Both the position numbers and the translations under genes were made by a program. Positions 52,516 to 62,594 of a stretch of DNA of 64,000 nt are shown here, one piece after another. The stretch covers positions 2,240,001 through 2,304,000 of the forward strand of contig CAVTTL010000001.1 of NCBI GenBank assembly GCA_963737635.1, in the 5' to 3' direction. The number at the start of each line of letters is the position of its first letter. Positions within the stretch are counted from its first letter, which is position 1. This DNA comes from an uncultured Methanoregulaceae archaeon (GTDB taxonomy: Archaea > Halobacteriota > Methanomicrobia > Methanomicrobiales > Methanospirillaceae). The notes beneath the pieces were generated by a model, which saw only the letters and a program-made list of their open reading frames with translations, was not told where the DNA came from and ran no database searches.

Positions 52516-53303
52516 GCGTCATCACCCTCGGCCCCGAAGGAACATTCTCCCACGAGCTTGCGCTCAGGCTGAAAAGTGACACGATCGTTCTTGAACCAAC
52601 TATTGCCCGCATCTTTGCCAGCGTGGCAGCAAGTAAAGGAGATGGCATTGTCCCGATTGAGAATTCCGAAGCCGGCGGGGTCGGTGAGACCCTTGATGGC
52701 CTGACGAAGTACCCCCTTTCGATCACTGCCGAGATGTACATGCCGATCCGCCACCATTTTGCTTCCCTTGTGCCGCTTGATAAAATCCGGGTGATCTATG
52801 CCCACCCCCAGACCCACGAGCAGTGCAGCACATGGCTTGAGCAGTGGCAGGTGCCGGTGATCCATACGAGCAGCAACGCATCCAGCGCAATCGAGGCCAA
52901 AAAGACCCCGAACGCCGGGGCGATTATATCAGTCTCGGCGGCAGAGATCTATAAATTGCCCATCATCGCAGAACACATCGAGAACAATCCAGAGAATACA
53001 ACCCGGTTTGTTCGAATTGCAAGAACTCCCGGTCCTGACCACCGGCCCGGTAAGTGCAGCCTCCTCATCGACCCGGATACTGACCGGGCCGGGTTGCTCT
53101 ATGATCTCCTTGGTGTCTTTGCAAAGAGGAAGATCAACCTCACCCGGATCGAATCGCGGCCTTCAAAAAGGGGCATAGGAAAATATGTCTTTTTCCTCGA
53201 CTATGCTACAAATGGGTGCACGGACGAGGCACTCCAGGAACTCGGGGAGATTACCACCATCCGTAAACTGGGGTGTTATCCCAGGATCAAGGTTCCCTTA
53301 TGA
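52512..53303 (+). CDS. pheA: Prephenate dehydratase (with ACT domain)
   Basis: LGPEGTFS, VPIENSEAG, NTTRF, INLTRIESRP. Confidence 0.95.
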   Translation: MSVITLGPEGTFSHELALRLKSDTIVLEPTIARIFASVAASKGDGIVPIENSEAGGVGETLDGLTKYPLSITAEMYMPIRHHFASLVPLDKIRVIYAHPQTHEQCSTWLEQWQVPVIHTSSNASSAIEAKKTPNAGAIISVSAAEIYKLPIIAEHIENNPENTTRFVRIARTPGPDHRPGKCSLLIDPDTDRAGLLYDLLGVFAKRKINLTRIESRPSKRGIGKYVFFLDYATNGCTDEALQELGEITTIRKLGCYPRIKVPL

Positions 53304-54566
53304 TCGTAACCCTCCTCGAGCGGCGCGGTATCGATCTTTCCGTCGCTGCCCCCCCATCAAAAAGTTACACGCACCGTGCCCTCATCGCGGCAGCCCTCGC
53401 CCAAGGCACGAGCACGATCGTCCACCCACTCATGGCCGACGATACGAAACTGACCATTGCCGCCCTTGCGCGGCTCGGTATCGCGATCGGTACCGGTGAC
53501 CGTACCGTAACCATCGAAGGGTGTGATGGTGCATTCTCCTGCCCCCCGGGCACAGTGCTCGATCTTGACAATTCCGGCACCTCCCTGCGCCTGCTCGCCT
53601 CATCAGTCACTCCTCGCCGATCACCCGGTCACCCTGACCGGGAGTGCCCGGATGCAGGAACGGCCGGTCGGGCCGCTTACCGATACCCTGTCCCTTCTCG
53701 GGGGAAAGATCACTTTCGCGAAAAAAACAGGTTTTCCCCCGGTAACGATTGGCGGCAGGCTGGATGGCGGGACGGCCACCATCGACGGATCGGTAAGCAG
53801 CCAGTTCGCCTCCTCAATCCTGATGGCAGCCCCCTATGCGCGGAATCCGGTCAGGCTCGCAATCACCGGAACTCCCGCATCGCAATCCTATCTCGACATC
53901 ACGGCCAGCGTCATGGTTGATTTTGGCGCTGTGGTTCAACGCAAAGGATACCGGTACTTTGAAATCAGCAACCAGAACCATTATTCCGGCCATACCTACG
54001 TCATCGAAGGGGACTATTCATCTGCTTCGTATTTCTTTGCGCTCGCGGCGATCTGCGGCGGGAAGGTAACGGTAGCCGGCCTCAACCCGGATTCTGTACA
54101 GGGAGACCGGCTCTTCCTTACTGCGCTCTCGAAAATGGGCTGTCAGGTGACCTTTGCTCATGATGGCGTTATGGTAGAACACGAGGGCCCCCTGTTCGGG
54201 ATAACCATTGATATGTCCTCGGCTCCTGATGCCGTCCAGACGCTCTGTATGGTTGCGGCAGTCGCAAAGACACCCACCGTAATTACCGGTATCGGCCACC
54301 TGAAATACAAGGAGAGCGATCGCATTGCCGTTACCGCGGAACGCTTGAAGCATCTCGGTGCCAACGTGAACACCGATGACGACCGGATCATCATCCTGCC
54401 TGCTTCTCTCCACGGCGGCACGATAGACCCGGTAAACGACCACCGTACAGCGATGAGCTTTGCTGTCCTGGGCCTTGGGATCGGCGGCGTCTCGATCACC
54501 GGTGCGGAATGCGTCAACAAGTCCTATCCCGGTTTCTGGGACGCACTTTCCGGGGTGATGGAATGA
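53300..54566 (+). CDS. aroA: EPSP synthase (indel near 53608)
   Basis: PPSKSYTHRA, NSGTSLR, SSQFASS, EGDYSSA, KESDR, DHRTAM, KSYPGFW. Confidence 0.95.
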
Positions 54567-55952
54567 GGCGGATTGTGCTGTTTGGCTACCGGGGGACCGG
54601 CAAGACGGCAATCGGGACGGTTCTTGCCCGCCGGCTGGGCGTGCCGTTTCTCGATACCGATTCCCTTGTCGAAATGAAATGTGGCCAAACGATCCCTGAG
54701 ATCTTCCGCGAGAAGAGTGAGGATCGGTTCCGGGAGTTGGAACGGGAGGTAATTGCCGGGCTTCCCGCAGACAACGTTATCATCAGCACCGGAGGGGGCG
54801 TGGTGATGGATCCGGTAAACATGGAGCGGCTCCGGGCAGGAAGCGCGTGCATACTTCTGACAGCAGATCTTGCGATTATCGGGCACCGGCTTGCCCACGC
54901 CCCCCGCCCGCCGCTCACCTCACTCCCTCCCGATAAGGAGATTGCGGAGGTTATCGCCCGCCGGCGATATAATTACGCTGCGGCGGCGGATTTCTGTTTA
55001 GATACCAGCCGGACTTCGGTTGAAAACGCTGCCGGACAGATCCTCTCGCTTCTTGAAAAAGGTACTATCCCTGCCCCGGTCCGGGAGGAGGCCTTCCGGT
55101 GGTTTGTAAAGAGCCCCCTTCCCGAACCAGAATGCGACCAGCTGCGGTTCCTCCTCACCGGTCCTGATCGTGACCCACAGACCCGGTTCCTCGGTGTCGC
55201 CGGCTGGCCGTGCAGCCACAGCAAGAGCCCTCTACTCTTCAACCGGCTCTTCGAAAAATACCAGCTTAATTATCATTACACCCGGTTCGAAGATCCTTCG
55301 ATCCGGGACATTATGCAGATCGCACGTGATATGGATGCAAAAGGGCTTTCGGTGACTATTCCTTTTAAACAGGTCGTGATAGCCTGTATCGATGAAATCG
55401 ATGACGCCGCGCGACAGATCGGTGCGGTAAACACCGTCGTCTTTGCCTGCGGATCTGCGTACGGCTGCAATACGGACTGGCTCGGCATACGAAAACCTCT
55501 TGCCAGCTATGCAGGTTCGCATGCAGTACTGCTCGGTGCCGGAGGGGTTGCCGCGGCTGCAGCATATGCGCTTCTGGATCTCGGTATGGAGGTTACGATC
55601 CTGAACCGGACACCGGAGAAAGCACGGGCACTTGCGGAACGATTTGGCTGCCAGTGGGGCGCATGGGAGGATTTTGACGGGAAAAACCCGGATCTAGTCG
55701 TAAATGCAACGCCGCTTGGCATGCAGCCGAACACGAAGAGCCCCCTCCGGGACGATCAGCTCAAGAAGGAGATGACCATATTTGATCTTGTGTATACACC
55801 TCCGGTCACTCCGCTTATTGCAGCCGCACGAAAGGCCGGGCTGCACAACCATCACGGGCACCGAGGTCTTTATTTATCAGGCACGGGAGCAGTTCCGGCT
55901 CTTCTTCGGGATTGACGTTCCAGACACGGCTATACGGGAGATATTGGCATGA
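54563..55952 (+). CDS. aroK-aroE: Bifunctional shikimate kinase (P-loop type) / shikimate dehydrogenase (indel near 55839)
   Basis: GYRGTGKT..DTD..FRELE..STGGG (P-loop SK); HSKSP, SVTIPFK, GAVNT, NTD, GAGG, NATPLGM, DLVY. Corrected C-terminus QAREQF ends at TGA 55952, overlapping aroC. Confidence 0.9.
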
Positions 55953-56935
55953 ACACCTTTGGCAGGAATTTTGCGGTCACAACGTTTGGGGAAAGCCACG
56001 GCCCGGCTGTGGGAGCAGTTATCGACGGATGTCCCACCCGGCTCGCATTATCGGCTGCCGATATCCAGCCATTGCTTGACCGGCGCCGGCCGGGCATGTC
56101 TCCTCTCGTGTCAGCAAGAAACGAACCTGATACGGTCGAGATCCTCTCGGGTATTTTTGAAGGGATGACCACCGGCGCTCCCGTCGCCCTCCTGATCAGG
56201 AACCGGGACATGTACCCGGGGGATTACGAGACGATCAAAGACCAGTTCCGGCCCGGCCACGCGGATTTCACGTACCAGGCAAAATACGGTATCAGGGATT
56301 ACCGGGGTGGCGGCCGGAGCTCGGGCAGGGAGACCGTCGGCCGGGTGGCGGCTGGTGCTGTCGCGTTGAAGTACCTCTCCGGTCTGGGCATTGCAGTCAC
56401 CGGCCGGATTGTTTCCGTGCATGGCAAAGCTGGTCAGCAGGAGATTGAGAAGGAGATCCTTGCAGCCAAAACAGCCGGAGATTCGGTGGGTGGGATCGCT
56501 GAGATCGTGGCAACTGGCTGCCCGGCGGGACTGGGAGACCCGGTATCCGGGAAACTTGACGCGGCGATTGCCGGCGCCATGATGGGAATTGGCGCAGTCA
56601 AGGGAGTCGAGATCGGCGAAGGGTTCGCGGTTGCCGGGCGGTTCGGGAGCGAAAACAACGACCCGATGACCGCAACGGGTTTTGTATCAAACAACGCTGG
56701 TGGTATCCTTGGCGGAATTTCATCGGGGCAGGATATTGTCGTGCGTATTGCTGTTAAACCGACGCCCTCAATTGCAAAAGTACAACAGACCCGGGATGTC
56801 CACGGAAATGTTGTGGAGATCAGGGTAGGCGGCCGGCATGATCCCTGCATTGTGCCGAGGATCCTCCCGGCGGCAGAGGCGATGCTTGCGCTCGTACTCA
56901 TCGACGCCGCGCTGGAGCAGGAGAAATACCGGTAA
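55949..56935 (+). CDS. aroC: Chorismate synthase
   Basis: TFGESHG, RPGHAD, GGRSSGRET, NNAGGILGGIS, KPTPSI, GRHDPC. Confidence 0.97.
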   Translation: MNTFGRNFAVTTFGESHGPAVGAVIDGCPTRLALSAADIQPLLDRRRPGMSPLVSARNEPDTVEILSGIFEGMTTGAPVALLIRNRDMYPGDYETIKDQFRPGHADFTYQAKYGIRDYRGGGRSSGRETVGRVAAGAVALKYLSGLGIAVTGRIVSVHGKAGQQEIEKEILAAKTAGDSVGGIAEIVATGCPAGLGDPVSGKLDAAIAGAMMGIGAVKGVEIGEGFAVAGRFGSENNDPMTATGFVSNNAGGILGGISSGQDIVVRIAVKPTPSIAKVQQTRDVHGNVVEIRVGGRHDPCIVPRILPAAEAMLALVLIDAALEQEKYR

Positions 56936-56975
56936 ATATTTTTTGCCCCGTGTCACCTGATGCATGATACCCTAT

Positions 56976-57614
56976 TCAGGCGGAGAGCAGTTTTGCCAAG
57001 GTGACAAATTCCTCAACAGAGTACTGCCCCTCAGCAGTTGGCACTCCGGTATGGCAGTACACCAGCTCCGAACCAAAGAGCGGGAGAACTGCCCGGGCGT
57101 ACCGGAACGATGCACCCATTACGCCGGTGCAGATGGGTTTTTTTGCCGCATAGGTAAAGGCAATAAGGTTAATAAGATCGTCCTCGTTTCTGGGGGTGAC
57201 GATGATCTTTGGGATATCACCGTAAGACCTGAGCTCCTGTTCGAGGACAAAGAGGACATGGAGCGGCAGCATCTGGGAGCTATGGTAGGAAGCGATGATC
57301 TTTTTTCCTGCTGCTTTTACCTGTCCGGCCCCGCAGGAAAACTGCTGCTCGACATCGACAAACTCCACAAGAGGGATGATCGGTGCGATCTTTTGTTCCC
57401 ATTCATCCGGGCTCCCGAAGTACCGGCCCCCTTCCCGGGCGGAGCGGAACGTTGCGATAACCGGGAGCGGGGAGGTCGTTTTGCATTGCCGCACCAGTTC
57501 AACCGGATTTCCCTCCATCAAGTCAAAACGGAGCTCGATGACGTGTGCACCCTGCGCCTGTGCAGCGGCAGCCTGTCCGGGATCCGTCAGGGAGGCAACG
57601 ATCTGCATGTACAT
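56976..57614 (-). CDS. aroD: Type I 3-dehydroquinate dehydratase
   Basis: IELRFD, TFRSAREGG, IASYH, IPKI, MG..R, TAEGQ. Confidence 0.9.
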   Translation of the reverse strand: MYMQIVASLTDPGQAAAAQAQGAHVIELRFDLMEGNPVELVRQCKTTSPLPVIATFRSAREGGRYFGSPDEWEQKIAPIIPLVEFVDVEQQFSCGAGQVKAAGKKIIASYHSSQMLPLHVLFVLEQELRSYGDIPKIIVTPRNEDDLINLIAFTYAAKKPICTGVMGASFRYARAVLPLFGSELVYCHTGVPTAEGQYSVEEFVTLAKLLSA

Positions 57615-57724
57615 GACGGTTGGCCGGCAGCGCACAAAAAGATACGCCCCGCCGGGAACATCCCTCAAAGGATCTTTGCAGGATACCGGTTTATCCCCTT
57701 CCGGGTCGAAACCTTCCGCTGGAT

Positions 57725-58261
57725 ATGGAACGTACGGCAGTCATGGCAACGATTCGATCCGCATGCGGCGCGCTCGGGTGGTGCGTCCTCCTTTCGATCG
57801 TCCTGCCTCTCGGCAGTGCATATATGCTTGGACTGTCTCTTGCCGCAGCCTGTGCCCAAGTGGGAAGTGCCTTTTTTATCGAGTACGGTTCGATACCGAT
57901 CGGAATAGGTCTTGGTCTGCCTCCGCTCTACGTTCTGCCGGTAGCAACTAGTATCGAGGCCGGGATCTTCCTCGGGATCTATGGCATTCTTGACACCATC
58001 GGGTCGGCATCCGGATACGTTGCCCACTTCCTTGAGTGGACAAGAAAGATCGCTGCACGCTCAAAAATGTTTGACCGGTACGGCATCTACGGCCTGTTTC
58101 CCTGTGAGATCCTGATCGGCGTATACCTGTGCGCCCCGATCTCGTGGTTTCTCGGGTGGCAGAAAGGGCGATCATTTGCGATCACTATGGCCGGGTACTC
58201 CGTCGCTGCAGTGGCAACGACCCTTGCTACCCTCGGCCTACTACGCTATTTCTTTTCCTGA
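57725..58261 (+). CDS. Small multi-pass membrane protein (COG2426 / small multidrug export-like)
   Basis: IEYGSIPIGIGLGL, RYGIYGLF; several TM helices. Confidence 0.65.
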   Translation: MERTAVMATIRSACGALGWCVLLSIVLPLGSAYMLGLSLAAACAQVGSAFFIEYGSIPIGIGLGLPPLYVLPVATSIEAGIFLGIYGILDTIGSASGYVAHFLEWTRKIAARSKMFDRYGIYGLFPCEILIGVYLCAPISWFLGWQKGRSFAITMAGYSVAAVATTLATLGLLRYFFS

Positions 58262-58262
58262 T

Positions 58263-60920
58263 ATGGAGACGCCCATGACAACAGACCAGCATTCTTCCCC
58301 GGATAAAAAGATCCCGGAGCTTCTCGCGCCAGCCGGATCGTGGGAAGCGTTCAGTGCCGCAGTCGCTGCCGGGGCCGATGCCATCTACCTGAGCGGAAAA
58401 CGGTTCGGTGCACGGAAATATGCACAGAATTTTTCCGAGGCGGAGATCGGGAAAGCTGTTTCATACGCCCACACCCGGGGCGTACGGGTGTACGTGACCG
58501 TCAATACACTCGTACACGACCGGGAACTTCCCGAAGTCATGGAGTACCTTATCCAACTCTACGCGGCAGGTGTCGATGCGGTGCTTGTCCAAGACCCGGG
58601 GCTTGCCTCTCTTATAGGGGAGATCGTACCCGGTCTTGAAATCCATGCCTCGACCCAGCTCACCATCCACAATGCTGAAGGAGTGAGATGGGCACACAGC
58701 CTTGGATTCTCGCGAGTGGTACTCGCCCGGGAACTCCCGCTTTCCGAGATCGAGGCAATTGCACAGGCAACCGCGGATACGGGAGTAAATCTCGAAGTCT
58801 TTGCACATGGCGCTCTCTGCTACAGTTACTCCGGCCAGTGTCTGCTCTCGTCTGTTATCGGCGGTAGGAGCGGAAACAGGGGGATGTGTGCCCAGCCGTG
58901 CCGGAAGAAATATTCGCTGGTCACATCAGAAATAGATCGATATGGCCGGCCTACCGATCCCCACGATGTGCCCCTGCCCGGACCGTTCCTCCTCTCGCTA
59001 AAAGATCTTTGCACGTACAGGGATATCCCCCGGCTTGTAGATTCTCCTGTCGTATCGCTAAAAATCGAGGGCAGGATGAAATCCCCGGAGTATGTAGCCA
59101 TTGTGGTCTCTACCTACCGGCGCGCTCTTGATGCGGCTGCAACAGGAACCTTTGTCCCGGATGATACTGCTATCCGGGATCTTCTCCTCGCATTCAACCG
59201 GGGATTTACCCGGGGCTACCTCTTTGGTGATCGCAACGGGAAGCTTATGGGGAGGGACCGTCCGGACAATCGTGGCCTGCCCATCGGGACGGTATGCCGG
59301 TACAATCGAAAGAAGGGGACGGCAACCATCTGCCCAGACCAGCCCTTCTGTCTGGCTCCGGGCGATGGGCTTCTCTTTTCCAATCCCAAAAACCCGGAAT
59401 CATCATGGGGATTTTCCCTCAATACCGAACCGGTTGTGAAACCGGAGGAGATCGAGCTTGCCGTCCCTCGCCCGGTGGAGGGAGGCGCGCGGGTCTTCCT
59501 GACGTCATCGGTCGATCTTGCCGCCCGCGCCCGGGAGATCATCCATCACGGAGGTCCCGGCCTGCGTCACCCGGTGCCTGTCCATGTTGCGGCTAAGGTT
59601 ACTCATGAAGGACGTCTTTTGCTTTCGGGGGTCCTCTATCCACCCGGGAAAGAGCCGGTTGCCATCGAAGAGACCGGGGGCGTTGTGCTCGCTCCTGCCC
59701 GTACAAGCCCAATTACCAGAGAACAGCTTGCTGCACAGCTAGAAAAGACTGGGGGAACGCCTTTTGCCATCACCGATCTCACTCTTGATTATGACGGTTC
59801 CCTCTTTGCACCGGTGCGTGAAATCAACCGACTCAGGAGGGAGTTTTTTATCAAGGCTGAAGAAGCCCTGGTAGCCGTCTCCCGCCCTATCCCGGACGAA
59901 GTAAAAGCGGCCCACGAGCGCCTCAATCGATATAGTGCCAACCATCATCCTCATATCCCGGATCCTCTCAACCGGGGCGTAGAAATTATTCTTTACACAG
60001 ATACCTTCGAATCCATCGAAGCAAGTATCCTTGCCGGGGCAGGGACAATCTGTTTTGAACCTCCCGGTATCCCGAATCCTCGTGGAAAAGACGAAGACAC
60101 GTGCGGGGAAATGTTCGAGGATGCAATCCGTTCCGCCTTCGAGATCTGCCGGACACACGACGCACGGTTCATCTGGAAAATGCCCCGGATCACCCGGCAG
60201 GCTACAACAGGTGTAATCCGGTCCATCCTGCCACGGTTGTATGCGGCAGGCCTTCGTGCATGCATGGTGGACAACCCGGGAACAGCTGCGGCGGTGGCCG
60301 ACGCCGTTCCCGGTCTTACACTCGCAGGAGGAGCCGGGCTCAACGTTTTTAACGCGGAGGCAGTAAGGGTCCTTAGCCGGCTGCCTTTTGAAATATTCCT
60401 CATTTCACCGGAATTATCTTCGAGTGAAATTTCGACCCTCGTTAAAGCAGTACGATCACGGGGACCGGTGCCGAAGCTCGCCGTGTTTGCACAGGGAAAC
60501 CTTGAGACGATGATCACCGAGGACTGCCTTCTTCCCTTTTCCGATCTGTGCCAGCACAACCATGATTCCTGTGCATCCTCCGGATGGTATGGGATCCGGG
60601 ACGAAACCGGGCATCTCTTACCGGTGCGGATTGATAGAGCATGCCGGGGACATATCTTTAATGCCGCTGAAATCTGCCTCGTCAATGCAGTGCCAGATCT
60701 GATGCAGAGTGGTGTTGATGCCCTCATCATTGACGCACGAGGACGCACTGCCGCCTATGCCGGGGAGATGGTCCGTATCTACCAGGACGCCATCGCATGT
60801 GCAACCCGGGGCAGCGGTTGTACCAGTCGCGATTATGCAATACTCCGGAACCGTGTGAAAACGATCGCGCTTGGGGGAATTACCTCGGGTCACTATATGA
60901 GGGGATTGCAGGAAGAGTAG
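58263..60920 (+). CDS. Long U32-family Fe-S hydroxylase (U32 + DUF3656; RlhA-like)
   Basis: PELLAPAG, HASTQ, EVFAHGALCYSYSGQC..NRGMCAQPCR (CX6CX15CX3C), KIEGRMK, FNRGFT, KTGGTPF..INRLRR, GHYMRG. Confidence 0.9.
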   Translation: METPMTTDQHSSPDKKIPELLAPAGSWEAFSAAVAAGADAIYLSGKRFGARKYAQNFSEAEIGKAVSYAHTRGVRVYVTVNTLVHDRELPEVMEYLIQLYAAGVDAVLVQDPGLASLIGEIVPGLEIHASTQLTIHNAEGVRWAHSLGFSRVVLARELPLSEIEAIAQATADTGVNLEVFAHGALCYSYSGQCLLSSVIGGRSGNRGMCAQPCRKKYSLVTSEIDRYGRPTDPHDVPLPGPFLLSLKDLCTYRDIPRLVDSPVVSLKIEGRMKSPEYVAIVVSTYRRALDAAATGTFVPDDTAIRDLLLAFNRGFTRGYLFGDRNGKLMGRDRPDNRGLPIGTVCRYNRKKGTATICPDQPFCLAPGDGLLFSNPKNPESSWGFSLNTEPVVKPEEIELAVPRPVEGGARVFLTSSVDLAARAREIIHHGGPGLRHPVPVHVAAKVTHEGRLLLSGVLYPPGKEPVAIEETGGVVLAPARTSPITREQLAAQLEKTGGTPFAITDLTLDYDGSLFAPVREINRLRREFFIKAEEALVAVSRPIPDEVKAAHERLNRYSANHHPHIPDPLNRGVEIILYTDTFESIEASILAGAGTICFEPPGIPNPRGKDEDTCGEMFEDAIRSAFEICRTHDARFIWKMPRITRQATTGVIRSILPRLYAAGLRACMVDNPGTAAAVADAVPGLTLAGGAGLNVFNAEAVRVLSRLPFEIFLISPELSSSEISTLVKAVRSRGPVPKLAVFAQGNLETMITEDCLLPFSDLCQHNHDSCASSGWYGIRDETGHLLPVRIDRACRGHIFNAAEICLVNAVPDLMQSGVDALIIDARGRTAAYAGEMVRIYQDAIACATRGSGCTSRDYAILRNRVKTIALGGITSGHYMRGLQEE

Positions 60921-61003
60921 CGCGGACTCCGGCACATTCACCCTGGAGCGAAAGGTTGAATGGAACCGGGGGCAAACACCTCATGCACGAGGAATGAATT
61001 ATC

Positions 61004-61672
61004 ATGACATCGCCCCTCATCCTGGTAAATCTCAAGACCTACAAGGAAGGTATGGGTAACCGGGCACACCAGATCGCCACTGCTGCGCAGTTGGTTGCGA
61101 GAGAAACTGGCGCCGTGATCGGTGTTGCTCCCGGCTATATCGACCTTCACCCTATCTGCCACCATTTTGCGATCCCGGTATACGCCCAGCATGTGGATGG
61201 GTACGAACCCGGTGCCCATACCGGCTCTGTTCCGGTCGATGCGATCAGGTTCGCCGGGGCCGCAGGGTCGCTGGTCAATCACTCTGAGCGTCGCCTGACC
61301 CTTGCTGATATCGAATTATCCGTACGGGCGCTCCAGTCGCATAAACTATCTGCGGTGGTCTGTTCTAACAATGAGATCACAAGCGCCGGTGCTGCAGCAC
61401 TTGGCCCGGAATACGTGGCCATTGAACCTCCGGAACTGATCGGCAGCGGGATTTCGGTCTCGAAAGCAAACCCGGAGATCATACAGCGTTCAGTCGCGGC
61501 TGTCCACGCGGTGAACCCGAAGGTGAAGGTTTTAACAGGTGCCGGGATCCAGAGCGGCGAATGTGTGAAGATCGCTGTTGATCTAGGGACGGATGGCGTT
61601 CTGCTTGCTTCAAGTGTGGTCAAAGCCCCGGATCCGGTTACCGTGCTAAGAGATCTCGTTTCAAAACTTTAA
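61004..61672 (+). CDS. tpiA: Triosephosphate isomerase (archaeal short type)
   Basis: [40 protein letters not shown]. Confidence 0.96.
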   Translation: MTSPLILVNLKTYKEGMGNRAHQIATAAQLVARETGAVIGVAPGYIDLHPICHHFAIPVYAQHVDGYEPGAHTGSVPVDAIRFAGAAGSLVNHSERRLTLADIELSVRALQSHKLSAVVCSNNEITSAGAAALGPEYVAIEPPELIGSGISVSKANPEIIQRSVAAVHAVNPKVKVLTGAGIQSGECVKIAVDLGTDGVLLASSVVKAPDPVTVLRDLVSKL

Positions 61673-61714
61673 AAAAAAGCAAAAAATGATTTTGTTCCAG
61701 CAAATATACCGGCG

Positions 61715-61822
61715 TTATTTAAGGATGAGGTACCAGACTGCGATAACAACTATGAATAGTACCACACCGATTCCGATCACCGTTACACTGCTGATATCTT
61801 TTGACTTTTCTTCATCCGCCAT
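61715..61822 (-). CDS. 35-aa single-pass membrane microprotein
   Basis: MADEEKSKDISSVTVIGIGVVLFIVVIAVWYLILK*; strong GAGGTG RBS 5 nt before the ATG. Confidence 0.65.
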   Translation of the reverse strand: MADEEKSKDISSVTVIGIGVVLFIVVIAVWYLILK

Positions 61823-61961
61823 AAAAACACCTCTGGTGGTATAAACCACAACAAGAATTCCCTTTTTATCATTATTAATACATTTCGGTCAGCCATTCGA
61901 CGGAAATTATAAAACAGAGTAAAGATTGCGCGGCATTTCGTGCATAGTAAGTATTCCGGGA

Positions 61962-62516
61962 TCAGACGATAAGTGTGATCAGGTCATGTTTGGTGATCAC
62001 ACCTCTCACCATTCGTCCCTCGGTTACCAGCACAGCGTGGTTCTGCTGGAGAATGTTTACCACGGTCTCCACATCCATATCCGGGGGAACCGTAGGAAAA
62101 CCGGGCTCCATCAGGTCCCTAACGATCACAGCGTGCGCGGGATGGAGGCGCTGCTGTTCGATTGCCTTGACGATGACCGCTTCGGAGATGCAGCCGACCG
62201 GGACACCCCGTTCAATCACCGGTAGCTGGGAGACGTTATTCTTTTCGAAGATTTCGACTGCCTGCGAAATACTCGCTTGGGGTGGAACTGAAAGTACCGG
62301 TGTATGCATGATCTGGCTGGCAGTAATTTTTTTAGGCTCGGCACTATTGAGCACGCCGATGATCTTGTTGAGGGTGCTGACCCGGGGATCGACGCTGCCA
62401 GCTTCAATCCGGGCCACCATAGACTGGCTGATACCTGCCCTTCGTGCGATCTCGGTCTGCCGGAGCCCCATTGTTTCGCGGCGGGAACGAAGCTCTTCAG
62501 GACTGGGTATATGCAT
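61962..62516 (-). CDS. XRE-HTH + CBS-pair transcriptional regulator
   Basis: GLRQTEIARRAGISQSMVARIEAGSVDPRVST; SQLPVI; GVITKHD. Confidence 0.92.
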   Translation of the reverse strand: MHIPSPEELRSRRETMGLRQTEIARRAGISQSMVARIEAGSVDPRVSTLNKIIGVLNSAEPKKITASQIMHTPVLSVPPQASISQAVEIFEKNNVSQLPVIERGVPVGCISEAVIVKAIEQQRLHPAHAVIVRDLMEPGFPTVPPDMDVETVVNILQQNHAVLVTEGRMVRGVITKHDLITLIV

Positions 62517-62594
62517 ATGCAATTACTCATAGTGATAGAAAAATATCAACCTTATGCTCATGGTAAAAAAGCGGAAGTGTCTCCTTTCGGCAAC

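Noticed and set aside
11440-55952. Programmed frameshifting or true pseudogenes in pgk, ilvB, ppx, aroA, aroKE, mbf1
   Set aside because: No consistent slippery heptamers and no further decay in these genes; best explained as sequencing indels.
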